Notes under the pieces: generated by a model
What the model was told of the DNA's origin: nothing
Seen by the model: only the letters and a program-made list of their open reading frames with translations
Databases searched by the model: none
Translations under genes and position numbers: made by a program
Shown: piece by piece, positions 29,807 to 40,089 of the stretch
Position numbering within the stretch: position 1 is the stretch's first letter
Layout of the letters: every line of letters begins with the position of its first letter
Source: an uncultured Nitrosopumilaceae archaeon
GTDB lineage: Archaea > Thermoproteota > Nitrososphaeria > Nitrososphaerales > Nitrosopumilaceae
DNA: 62,355 bases
Direction of reading: 5' to 3'
NCBI GenBank assembly: GCA_963825095.1
Contig: CAWGRV010000008.1
Coordinates: 1 to 62,355 of the forward strand

Positions 29807-30484
29807 CTAGAGACAGTAAATGTACGTTTCATCGGGTGTACAAGTTGTTCCCGATCTGCAGTTTTGTTCTCGATCCCAATAAGTTGTTCCATTTTGAAAC
29901 ACATTACAGGTTTGATAAATTTTGTCTGTTAAGCATCTCATTGATCTGTAAATGCATACTTGATTCGTGTTGGTATTTACACAATTCGAACCCTGTGTGT
30001 CCGTTATCGACAGAGTAAATGTCAAAGCAGTAATTACTTCCGCGTCGGCCTTTGCCTTAATTGTGAAAACGGTCGGCGGAAGTATTTCAGAAGGAATACC
30101 TGTTAGATAAAGTAATCCTTCTTCACTTATATTCATACTTAAACCATTCGGCAACGCCGGTTGAATGCACGGAGGATACCATAAATAATTATCCGATGAA
30201 CTTTCAACAAAATATTGGCCGATGTTTTCATTAAAGTTAAAAGTTGAAGGCAAATTTGGAGAAAAATACGCATCATAATTTGTGCTTAGAGATGCACAAC
30301 CGCCAAACAACTGATTACACGTATTGCAAACCGGACAACAATCGCATACGCCTTCTATGGTGCAAAAAGAAATAATAGATTGAGTGTTACAACTGGCCGG
30401 TCCATAACACCCGCATCCTTTCACATTATAGATGTAAAAGAATACAAAACAACAAATAGATAATAAGCAACTCACAGTTCTCAT
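29807..30484 (-). CDS. secreted cysteine-rich protein (possible carbohydrate-binding module)
   Basis: Signal peptide MRTVSCLLSICCFVFFYIYNVKG. Cys clusters are at both ends, the C-terminal one being C-x8-C-x6-C-x8-C-x15-C-x5-C-x8-C. rc-AAAATTGA lies at 30532-30539, 48 bp upstream. Confidence 0.45.
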   Translation of the reverse strand: MRTVSCLLSICCFVFFYIYNVKGCGCYGPASCNTQSIISFCTIEGVCDCCPVCNTCNQLFGGCASLSTNYDAYFSPNLPSTFNFNENIGQYFVESSSDNYLWYPPCIQPALPNGLSMNISEEGLLYLTGIPSEILPPTVFTIKAKADAEVITALTFTLSITDTQGSNCVNTNTNQVCIYRSMRCLTDKIYQTCNVFQNGTTYWDREQNCRSGTTCTPDETYIYCL

Positions 30485-30575
30485 TTTCTCAATGACGAAT
30501 GTGAATTATCAATTAATTTTTATATTCAATTTCAATTTTTTTCGATTTTATAAATTTGACACTTACCGAATGTGA

Positions 30576-30583
30576 AAAATTGA
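30576..30583 (+). promoter_or_regulatory. AAAATTGA octamer upstream of 30628..31137; a divergent partner, TCAATTTT at 30532-30539, serves 29807..30484
   Basis: Exact octamers on both strands within a 143-bp divergent intergenic region. Confidence 0.4.
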
Positions 30584-30627
30584 ATAATATTTTGCCTATT
30601 CTGTTTGATTAAAGTAAGATTTAGAAA

Positions 30628-31137
30628 ATGTTGGATTTTTTCGAATCGATAAAATCGCGTAAGAATAAGTGTGAGACTGCAAATTATGAGATAATTTTTA
30701 CACCTCTTGACAAACTGAGATATGGTCCAGAAATATATTTGCAATGTTTATCAGATAAGGAAATAGCTAAGAAATATATCGATGCCATTAAAAAAGAAGA
30801 TATTGCTTTCTTCAAAAATACGAATGTGAAAATACCGACAATAAAAGATAACATTTGTCAAGAAGAAAAATCAATATTTCAAATTGCCGGCGATTATAAA
30901 GTACGAAAATATTCACAGAGGAATAATCAAAAAATTAGTAAAATGACGGGCAATGCTATGTGGGAACTTTTTAAGGAAGAAAAAGCTGGCCACATTTATA
31001 AAGTTACCTTTGGAAAAAACGAAAAGATGGAGAAATTATGGACTGAAACCTCAAACAAACAGCAAAGGGTTAGAATTGAGTATGATGTAACGGAAGAAAA
31101 TTCTGTGCTGAAGATTGTGAAATTCGAAATCACGTAA
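30628..31137 (+). CDS. hypothetical protein
   Basis: 169-aa ORF preceded by the promoter-like octamer. Confidence 0.45.
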   Translation: MLDFFESIKSRKNKCETANYEIIFTPLDKLRYGPEIYLQCLSDKEIAKKYIDAIKKEDIAFFKNTNVKIPTIKDNICQEEKSIFQIAGDYKVRKYSQRNNQKISKMTGNAMWELFKEEKAGHIYKVTFGKNEKMEKLWTETSNKQQRVRIEYDVTEENSVLKIVKFEIT

Positions 31138-31231
31138 TGTTTGATAAAAATTGCGAGATATAGTTTATTTATATGGCTAAAAAAATTGATTTCATCCAAG
31201 AATAAAATATTAAACTATACAAATTTTAAAA

Positions 31232-32908
31232 ATGAATCTGGACATTGATTCTCTGGAAATAAAAGCCACTTATAATGGGGTATTATTTAGGAAAAAAAAT
31301 ACCGACGAGTGGTTTTGTTTCGGAAGTAATTATCATGGGGAATTCGGTTTAGGATATTTTTCTTCTGTTTATATCAAGAAATCAAATCCCATTAAAGTTC
31401 CCTGGAAAGCCGACGAAGTAATCACAGACGGAGGTTACCACCTATTTTTTAGAAAAGAATCAGAATGGTTTGTTATGGGTGATAACAATTGTGGTCAATT
31501 GGGACTCGGCGAAAACATGCCTGGCAAGATTTTTAACCCCATAAGATCGTCAATTCAGAACATCGTTAAAGTATTTACACATCCAAATAAAACTTATATA
31601 GTAGTACAAGAAAATCAGAAAGAAGTTTGTTATGTCGCCGGAAATAATCACTATGGAGAACTTGGATTAGGAGAGAATAGTCCAATGATGGTTTTCTCTT
31701 TCACCAAAGTCGATTGGATTCCGAAAAAAATATTACACGAAAATCTCTACACAATTATTTTGATGAATGATGGAAAATGGTACGAATTAGGAGCCAATTA
31801 TGATGAACAACAAGGATTAATGAGAAAAATCGATGGTGGATATCCAAACAACATTTTGTACCCAACTCTGTGTCAGCGACCGTATACAAATCCATTCAGT
31901 GACGACGAAGTTTCTATCATTTGTCAGGAATGCAAATTTTCGATAGTTGAGAAGTCTTACCATAATAAAAAGTTTTGTGATGATTGCTTATTCAGGTCCA
32001 GTAAATTAGATGGTAAAGATCTTGAAAATTATAATAGAAAAAAACTATTAGAAGAAGACATAAATTTGCCCGATTTGGGATCTTTGTTAATAAACAAATA
32101 TGAGCCCTTAAAGCAATATTTTGAGAATTTGCGCACGGCAGATCTTACTAATTTGAATTCAGATGATTTGGTGAATTATGTCATCCCGGAACATAAAGTG
32201 TTGATGAAACTATTTATAAAAGAACATTTATGGAGCATATTGCGGTGTAATTTCGACCATTTAGATACAGATTATGATGCCAAATTTCAAGAATTTAGTC
32301 TTGATCCGAACGAAGAAGGATTTCTGGATTTGCGAAGGAAAGTTCATACGAATTCCTTTGCGACGTACAGTGATCCAATCTCATTAGTTACTTTATGTTC
32401 TTCAATAAAGCATAACGATAAAATTCAGATTCTTGATATTTCTGACTGTAATTTGTGGGACCAAGATGTTAAACTAATTCGAGAGTTAGTAGCAAATCTG
32501 CCTAATTTAAGAATACTCAAGTTGGGTAAAAATCATTTTAATGGACGAGATAGTGGAGGACTAATCAAAACAAGGATGATCCAAATTGATGATGATTTTA
32601 AGGCAATGTTAAATTTGGAAAATATAGAATATGTAGATATTACTGGTACCTGTCTGGCGAGCATAACAAGAAAAGATTTCTTGAACAAACTAAATTTGAA
32701 GCAAATATCAAAATTGATTTGGATCGCAGTAGAATGGTTGTATAAAGGAAACTGGAATACTATTATAAATGACAAAAATTTAATCGAAATTATTTTGAAA
32801 CAACACGAGAAATATCATAAAGATAAACTAACTAAAAAGGAAACAAAAGGAGAAAAGAAAAATAGAACAGTTTGGCATAAACCAAGTAAATATGATCTTA
32901 ACAAATAA
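31232..32908 (+). CDS. RCC1-repeat (N-terminal) plus leucine-rich-repeat (C-terminal) protein
   Basis: Repeated GxNxxGQLGLG-type motifs (GSNYHGEFGLG, GDNNCGQLGLGEN, GNNHYGELGLGEN) are typical of RCC1 blades. The C-terminus ILDISDCNLWDQDVKLIRELVANLPNLRILKLGKNHF is LRR-like. AAAATTGA lies at 31182-31189. Confidence 0.6.
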   Translation: MNLDIDSLEIKATYNGVLFRKKNTDEWFCFGSNYHGEFGLGYFSSVYIKKSNPIKVPWKADEVITDGGYHLFFRKESEWFVMGDNNCGQLGLGENMPGKIFNPIRSSIQNIVKVFTHPNKTYIVVQENQKEVCYVAGNNHYGELGLGENSPMMVFSFTKVDWIPKKILHENLYTIILMNDGKWYELGANYDEQQGLMRKIDGGYPNNILYPTLCQRPYTNPFSDDEVSIICQECKFSIVEKSYHNKKFCDDCLFRSSKLDGKDLENYNRKKLLEEDINLPDLGSLLINKYEPLKQYFENLRTADLTNLNSDDLVNYVIPEHKVLMKLFIKEHLWSILRCNFDHLDTDYDAKFQEFSLDPNEEGFLDLRRKVHTNSFATYSDPISLVTLCSSIKHNDKIQILDISDCNLWDQDVKLIRELVANLPNLRILKLGKNHFNGRDSGGLIKTRMIQIDDDFKAMLNLENIEYVDITGTCLASITRKDFLNKLNLKQISKLIWIAVEWLYKGNWNTIINDKNLIEIILKQHEKYHKDKLTKKETKGEKKNRTVWHKPSKYDLNK

Positions 32909-33219
32909 ATGTATGTTAAGAAAAAATTTGAAATCTAATTCGAAAATGAATCTCGTTAAAAAACGAATAAAGAAACAAGCACAGTCAAATATAATGCCGA
33001 ACAGTCTTCCCCTCAATTCTCAGGATCCTTTTAAGATGGCATGCACACATGTTCATGTTCATACGATGAGGCGGCTATTTGAAATGATTAGTGATCCAGA
33101 TTCAAATGAATCATTGATTCAAACCAAGCAAGATGTGTATATTTTTTTATTAAAGGACGAAAAATTGATATTGGGACTTTTTAATTTACTTTTTTTATAT
33201 AATTAATTAAGTATTTAAC

Positions 33220-34706
33220 ATGCAGTCTATTTATTGCCTATTTTTTCTTGCATTCGTTTTGGTTTCTTATGCCTCCAAAAAGCCAAACATAATTTTCATT
33301 CTCACCGATGACCAAGATTACATGTTGGCTGGTTGGAATGATAAAAGTTACGAACTGATCGGAAAAAAAGGTATTGAATTTTATAGTTATTACGCACATT
33401 CACCGATATGCTGTGTTTCAAGAAGTGCCATCTTAACAGGGAGATACATGCATAATATCCGAGAAACTTCATTTCCAGGAATTTGTTCTGAAAATCGTGA
33501 TTGCGGCTGCATGTATATAAATACTGATTCAGACTTCGAAATGCATAACATTGCTGTTTACATGCAAGATCTTGGTTACGCGACAGGTTATTTTGGCAAA
33601 TATTTAAATAGTGAGGCACTCACTCCCTATTGTTCCACCAAAGGACAAAACAATACCGCAGCACCTTCGTGGGATCACTTCAGTATACAATGCGATATCA
33701 CTTATTTCAATGATACTTGGAGTGTAAATGGGAAAGTGTCCAAGTTTCCGGACTACACGATCGCAAAAATAGGAAATGATAGCGTAAAATGGTTAAATAA
33801 CATTTTGTCTAATCCGAATCACAAACCGGTTTTCGCGATCCTTGCACCACATGCCCCACACGCACCGTACACGCCGGCTCCGTGGTATGTCAATGCTACT
33901 ATTCCTGGTAGCAATCCGGTCTTACCGTCCTACAATTATTCAGCCATGGATCACCCAGAATTCATTGCTGATATTCCTCCCCTGAATCAAGTTTTGGAAA
34001 CAGAGTTAGAATTCATTTTTAAGCAGAGAGCAAGAACAATTTTGTCAGTCGATGATGTTACAACGGCGGTTTTAGATGTACTTAAAGAGTATGAAGAACT
34101 AGATAATACTTATATATTTTTTTCTTCAGATAACGGATATCATTTGGGTGAGTTTCGTTTGAATGCGGCAAAAACCCATCCTTACGAATTTGATATAAGA
34201 GTACCATTTGGGGTTAGAGGACCAAATATCATACCCGAGACGAAAGGATTTCTCCAATCTCGGGGATAGATTTAGCTCCAACTTGGCTTGAATTGGCTGG
34301 ACGAAAAGAAAAGCCCCGATTTATGGATGGAATATCTTTTGCGTCCTTATTAACTAACAATACTAGTAATTTTACTCAAAATGTAATCTTGATCGAATAT
34401 TACTCCATTAATAATGGGAGCAAAAATCTGTGGGATAATGGTAATCAGGCTTCAAATAACACACATAGATCCATAAGAATCATAGATCCAATCATGGGAA
34501 ATTTGTCTTACATGGAATACGCCGAAGTATCCGATTGGTCCTTTAGTGATATAATATTCTATGAACTATATGACTTAGCTGAAGATCCCTATCAGTTAAA
34601 CAATTTATACTCTACGATTTCGCCGAAAATGAAAACATTCTTGCATGATTCTCTGTTGAGGCTATGGAATTGCGGTGACGCGTATACTTGGAATAAAACT
34701 TCTTGA
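33220..34706 (+). pseudogene. sulfatase (N-acetylglucosamine-6-sulfatase-like) interrupted by a 1-bp frameshift
   Basis: ORF 33220..34269 (signal peptide, IIFILTDDQDY, SPICCVSRSAILTGRYMHN) and ORF 34293..34706 together align along the intact paralog 52440..54149. Comparison with the paralog (KVFVPISGVDLAPTWIELAGG) shows that a single missing C in the run ctcc[c]aatc near 34255 restores ...GFLPISGIDLAPTWLELAGRKEKPRFMDG.... Confidence 0.7.
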
Positions 34707-34989
34707 TTGTCCGAAATTGACTTATCTCAAACCGCCATTTGTCCTGCATTTATGATGAATCGAAGAATGCTTGTTTCTTGTGCTAATAATTATTTAGCTC
34801 TAGAAGTTTACTACAGTATCTTTTCGCTTGCTTTCCTTTTTATTTTAACCTACATCGTCGATTATTGCAGAAACTCTTGAAAAATCACTTATAAGTCCAA
34901 TTATTTGTATTACGATCAATGCATCACAATTCAAATCAAAAAAATGATAATACTTTCGCATCAAATTTTTTTATGCGTGTAGCTCGGAA

Positions 34990-34997
34990 AAAATTGA
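34990..34997 (+). promoter_or_regulatory. AAAATTGA octamer upstream of 35064..35819
   Basis: Exact octamer 67 bp upstream of the start. Confidence 0.35.
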
Positions 34998-35063
34998 AAG
35001 AATAAATTGTTGTATTGCTCTATTAAGTTAATTCCGGATCGAACTCAAACCATTTAATCCGAC

Positions 35064-35819
35064 ATGAGTCAAATTGAAGAGCAAAAAAACGAAAATCCTC
35101 AAGATGTAAGTCATGAGACCTACCGAGAATACGAAATTCCTGATCCAGAACCTATGGAAAATTGGTCTGACAATTTTCTGAGAAAGTTTCCGCTGTGGCT
35201 TGATACAATAAACGATGAGTCATGGTGGAAATGTTATTTTCCGGATATTCCCTATAAGCAGACTGATCTAGTCAAGAAATGGATTTTCAATTGTCTTGAA
35301 ATGACAGTCTCACCAGTTAAAATCTTCGTTCCAAGAGTGGCAAAAGATGAATGGGCAATACCAATTCCCTGGGCCATCATTGTACATATGTATGTTTTAC
35401 CGTTGAATGTTTCGGGAAATACTCCAATATTTATCAGAATCAGAGAGAATCCAGATTCGAGAAAACTCAAAGAGTACTTAAATTCATTTTGGAACAATTA
35501 TCAGAAGGGATATATATGCCATATCAACTTCTTCGGGAAAAAATGTGCCGAAAACATGCAAAAAATATCGCCTAGGGACCAAATCGAATGCGAAATCCTA
35601 AGGTTTAATGATGTGATCCGACCAGTTCAAATAAATCCTGCAACGAAAGTCAATCAAAATTTGGAAGTATATACGTTCCAAGTCGAATTGTCTGGAAAAT
35701 TTAATGGAGAAACCGTTAAGTTATTTTCTTCTTCTCTGAATGAACACACGGAAGAAGCCAGGAAACTTATGGTGTCGATTGGAATCTGTTACAACGATTT
35801 GTACGATGATTCAAAATAA
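35064..35819 (+). CDS. hypothetical protein
   Basis: 251-aa intact ORF. Confidence 0.45.
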   Translation: MSQIEEQKNENPQDVSHETYREYEIPDPEPMENWSDNFLRKFPLWLDTINDESWWKCYFPDIPYKQTDLVKKWIFNCLEMTVSPVKIFVPRVAKDEWAIPIPWAIIVHMYVLPLNVSGNTPIFIRIRENPDSRKLKEYLNSFWNNYQKGYICHINFFGKKCAENMQKISPRDQIECEILRFNDVIRPVQINPATKVNQNLEVYTFQVELSGKFNGETVKLFSSSLNEHTEEARKLMVSIGICYNDLYDDSK

Positions 35820-35963
35820 GAACTCTTCCGAGTACTATTTAATAAATGAAAAAATTTATAACTACTTGTTTGAGTGGTATTTCAGCCACGCGAATGCCTT
35901 TTTGACGATATTGACATCGCGTTTTGAAAACTTTTGTCTATATGTTTTTCCTTGTGTTTCACT

Positions 35964-36156
35964 ATCGCTCGGCAAAAGCTTTGCTTTCGCCCGCGTAAAG
36001 CGAGGTAAGCAGTTGCTGCTTGACGAACTTTGTTCGCTTATCAAGATGTTAGTTTCTTTACCAAGCAGCACCGTCGGTGATCTCGCTCTGTTCGGCAGCT
36101 ACGCTGCATTTCAGGATTTTATTTGACCAGCATTGTGCTCGGCGAACATAATTCGC
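35964..36156. repeat. GC-rich palindromic repeat element with solo IS-end-like motif
   Basis: cgctcggcaaaagctttgctttcgcc (compare gctcagcaaaagctttgcttttgc elsewhere), ...accagcattgtgctcggcgaacataattcgccg at 36126-36156. The motif accagcattg|tgctSRgcg is the same junction seen at the IS copy 1 right end (18944-18962). Confidence 0.5.
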
Positions 36157-36220
36157 CGTTTAGTTTCTTTATTAAATTCAAAATCCACTAAATAATTTTC
36201 AGTATATAAATATAATAAAA

Positions 36221-37984
36221 ATGAGTGGCTCGAAGGAGTTATGTAAGAAAAATGATTTTAAAAATGAGGAAATTAAAGATGAAATAGAAGTTGTGCCATT
36301 ACAAACATACGAAACAGACGAATCAAGTAAAAAAGAAAAAAGATCTAAGGAACATAAACATCATAAGAAACATAAAAGTCATAAGCAATCCAAAAGCTCG
36401 AGGGAAGGAAAAAATTTGATTGGGCCAACAGGCCATACTGGTCCTACTGGACCAACAGGTCCTACTGGACCAACAGGTCCTACTGGACCAACAGGTCCTA
36501 CTGGTCTGGGAATTACTGGCCCAACAGGTTCTACAGGTTCCAATGGTCTGGGAATTACTGGTCCAACTGGAGTTCCTGGTCCAACTGGATCCATCGGGCC
36601 GGGCGCGAGCACTGTAGAAACAATTGCAGATTTAAGATTAACACAACCTTCATCAAACGTCGATTCAGTCACAGTTGAAGGTTATTATAACATCGGTGAT
36701 TTAGGCGGCGGGGAATTTGTTTATAATCCAAACGATACTACAAGCGCTGATAATGGAGGCACTATTATTGTGGCGAATGGTTTGTATCGTTGGTATCGGT
36801 TGAGTGATGGTGTTGTGACCGTGAAGCAATTTGGGGCCCAGGGCAATGGGATAAATGACGACACAACCGCCATTCAAAATGCTATAAATTTTGGTTCTGG
36901 CACGATTTATGTACCAAAAGGTAACTATTTAATAAGCCAATCAATTGTTTTCAATAATCCCGTAAACATAATCGGTGATGTACCAACAAGTTTTTTAAAT
37001 TCAGGAATGACGCCAACTAGTCCATATGCCTCTTGCCTAAAACTTGCGAACAACGCAAACTGCCCAATGTTTCTAATTAATACTTCTGAATCTCCGTATG
37101 GTGGTATTATTCAAAATCTAGAATTTAATGGCAATGATGCAAATCAAACTGGTGGCACAAATGTTTATGGCCTTTATTTTGCAAATGGCACCAGTGGTAC
37201 TATCGGCAGTCAATGGAAGATAGAAAAATGCTATATACATAATATTTATGATCACGGAATATTGATTGATACAGATCATATAGGGGTGAAACTCTTATAT
37301 GTTCAAGTATTTCGTGTGGGTACCGGCAGTTTAAGTGGATCTGGAATAGTTGCAAATGGAAGTAATGCAACGTTTTTCAATTGTAATATCGGGGAATGTT
37401 GGTACAATGGATTCTTGCTCCAAACCGGAAATAGTAACCTTTCCCAATGTAGTATATTTAGTTCTGGACGGTCATTTACTGGAACTGTCGGAACAGCAGC
37501 CGGTCGTGCCATTAATGTAGCTTCGAATGGTTCAAATAATATGATAATTGGTTGTACAATATCAGGAAATTATGGTGGTGGAATTTATCTGGACGGAGAC
37601 TACAACACTATTACGGGATGTTTATTTGCTGGAAATAACGGTGCTGAATTAACAGGTGTTCATGGATCTGATATTTATGTTGCCGATACTTCCGGTACGC
37701 AAACGATAGCAGCAAATGTGTTTGCTCAGCCTTCAGCGAACTATACAAGTCAATATGGCGTTCAATTCGCATCAAACGCAGCGGCCAGAATGAATAGCAA
37801 TACATTCGATAATACTAATTTTACGGTCTCTTTTACAAATCAAACGGCTTATATATTAGACGCCACGACTTCGGTGGCTGCAAGTACAGGATCAGCTATT
37901 TTACCATCAAATCCAGTTGGTTTTATAGAGGTGAATTTAAACGGCACCGGTACCTTATATAAAATACCGTATTACAATGTGTGA
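36221..37984 (+). CDS. collagen-like protein with pectate-lyase-fold (PF12708-like) right-handed beta-helix domain
   Basis: His/Lys-rich N-terminal leader ([16 protein letters not shown]). A G-P-T-G tandem array sits at about 36418-36600, built from 18-bp units. Then comes ...[31 protein letters not shown]...[39 protein letters not shown], typical of pectate-lyase-superfamily, tailspike or depolymerase N-termini. Parallel beta-helix repeats follow. Confidence 0.8.
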   Translation: MSGSKELCKKNDFKNEEIKDEIEVVPLQTYETDESSKKEKRSKEHKHHKKHKSHKQSKSSREGKNLIGPTGHTGPTGPTGPTGPTGPTGPTGPTGLGITGPTGSTGSNGLGITGPTGVPGPTGSIGPGASTVETIADLRLTQPSSNVDSVTVEGYYNIGDLGGGEFVYNPNDTTSADNGGTIIVANGLYRWYRLSDGVVTVKQFGAQGNGINDDTTAIQNAINFGSGTIYVPKGNYLISQSIVFNNPVNIIGDVPTSFLNSGMTPTSPYASCLKLANNANCPMFLINTSESPYGGIIQNLEFNGNDANQTGGTNVYGLYFANGTSGTIGSQWKIEKCYIHNIYDHGILIDTDHIGVKLLYVQVFRVGTGSLSGSGIVANGSNATFFNCNIGECWYNGFLLQTGNSNLSQCSIFSSGRSFTGTVGTAAGRAINVASNGSNNMIIGCTISGNYGGGIYLDGDYNTITGCLFAGNNGAELTGVHGSDIYVADTSGTQTIAANVFAQPSANYTSQYGVQFASNAAARMNSNTFDNTNFTVSFTNQTAYILDATTSVAASTGSAILPSNPVGFIEVNLNGTGTLYKIPYYNV

Positions 37985-38050
37985 AAACGACAAAAATAGA
38001 AAATCAAAACTTGATTGTTATGCGATAATTAGAAACTATGTTCAAAATCC

Positions 38051-40089
38051 ATGAAATATTTCGCTTATATAAATATAATCAAAATGGATGAATCAGAGGA
38101 ATCCCAGAGAAATGATTTCAAAAATGATCAAATCGAAAATGAAATAGAAATTACGCCGTTGCAAATATACCGTAAATATGAGGTGAATAAAAAAGAAAAG
38201 GGATCCAAAAAACACAAACATCATAAAATGTGCAAAAGTGAGAAAAAATCCGGAGACTCGAGAAAAAAAAAATATTTAATTGGGCCAACTGGTCCTAGCG
38301 GCCCAACAGGCCACATTGGTCCAACCGGTCCAACTGGTAAAAACGGTCTGGGAATTACTGGCGCGACTGGATCGATCGGACCAACCGGTACAGAGTTAAC
38401 CTTGCCGAATATAGCATCCCTCAGGGCAACTGCTCCTAATTCGAGTTTGGAATCACTTGTTGTCGAAGGATATTACATTCCCGGGGATGGAGGTGGTGGT
38501 ACATTTTTTTATGATTCTACTGATGTAATAACCCCGGATAACGGGGGAACAGTAATCGTCGCATCTGGCTCATCTGACCCAACTGCAAGATGGAAAAGAA
38601 TTTATGTTCCGAGAAACATATCAGCAAAATGGTTTGGTGCAAAAGGAGACGGAGCCACAGATGACACCATCGCTTTGACAAATTGTTTAGATCTGGCTCA
38701 GAACCTGAATGGAGCCTCCATATATCTGCCTTCTGGAATTTATGTTATTTCGGAGACATTGAATGTAACAGTTTCGAATGTAAGCATTAAAGGTGATGGG
38801 CATCCCGTATGGACAGACGTCAATCCAGATCAAGACTATACTTGTATCAGTTGGAATGGGGCGAGCGGAGCAGCGATGCTTTCAGTATCGGCAATAGAAG
38901 GGCCGAGTAATGATGTTATAAGCTGCGTCGATGTAATCGGAGTGGGATTCTTGGGCAATGGAACAGCTGCCTACGGAATTGCAATTGGCTCGCAATGGTA
39001 TGGTAAATATGATGTTTATATAGAAAATTGTACGATAGCCCTCTTTTATACTTATTGCCTCGCCCAATTAGCCAAACATTGTGATGTACAAATGTTGGAT
39101 GTTTTATTAAATGGTAAACAGATTAGTGGAACAGGTGCGGGATTATTGTTGACCGGGAATGCTGAAAGTTTGCCGGCAGGCTCGGACACTTCGCTTTGTA
39201 TTTTCAGGCATGTGAGTGTGTTAATCGGCGAAAATAATACCGGAGTGATTTTAGGTAACACCGATCACAATTTATTTTTAATTCTAGCGACGCCACCAAA
39301 GACAGCCACAACCGGTCCAAGTGTTGTCTTTCAAGCGGCTGCAACGGGCCAAGAACCGGCGCGTTACAATCTCATAATTGAATTGGCTAGCGGAAAGGGA
39401 CAAGTAGTAGCTCAGGGAACGGAAACACAAGTCAATCCCTCTAATGGAAATATTATTCAATATATCAACTTCGTAGGAGCCGCATTGCCCTCTATTGGCA
39501 CCGGGGCCGACTTAGCTTGGGGTTCAGATAATAATATTTTCGGTCCGCGCGGATTTTTCGGAGTAGCGATTGCGGATCAATTCGGCACTGCGAGAACGGC
39601 TTACGATGCATTAACTACTGAATCTTTGAGAGTGGCTAATGGAATGAGTAACCATATTATCTTATCGAATCCGCCAAATACCGTAAATTGGAGTGTGAAT
39701 ATAGAAAATTCCAATGGTGAAATGAGAATGTACAGTACAACTAACCCAACTGAACCATTAGTCGTGAGTAATCCAATGGCCGCGGCATCACCAGTCGTTT
39801 TCGCGTCATCCGCTGATCTTTCTCATGAAATATCAGCCGCCGGTACTGAAACATTACGCCTAAATAATTCATCTAGTAATCATTTATTGTTGACAGCTAA
39901 TACGCACGATGCGGATCAATGGGGAATGAATATCGACGGATCAGGAAATTTAAATTTCACTCATCCGGCCGGGACGGGTACTGGAAGTTTTACCGGGGAT
40001 ATGACATTTAACAATCAATTAACAGTTACTGATAATTTCAATCCGCAGAGTAAAACCATATTTGGTGCCACTGCAAGTCCAGCACCGCA
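38051..40089 (+). pseudogene. collagen-like/beta-helix fibre protein, 5' part, disrupted by IS4-family insertion
   Basis: Same architecture as 36221..37984: K/H-rich leader, GPTG repeats, LRATAPNSSLESLVVEGYYIPGDGGGGTFFY...AKWFGAKGDGATDDTIAL. The native frame runs into the IS at 40090. The annotated ORF end (40165, ...HNASNLSKFIHIFFDNFNILMEMIS) is IS-encoded read-through. Confidence 0.75.

Noticed and set aside
36379-36672. Several ORFs overlapping the collagen repeat arrays: minus-strand 36379..36672 and plus-strand 36420..36617, 42856..43359, 43097..43318, 46013..46423, 46080..46280; minus-strand 45875..46354
   Set aside because: They are off-frame or antisense translations of G-x-y coding repeats (for example [18 protein letters not shown]). 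The GPTG frame is the coding one.
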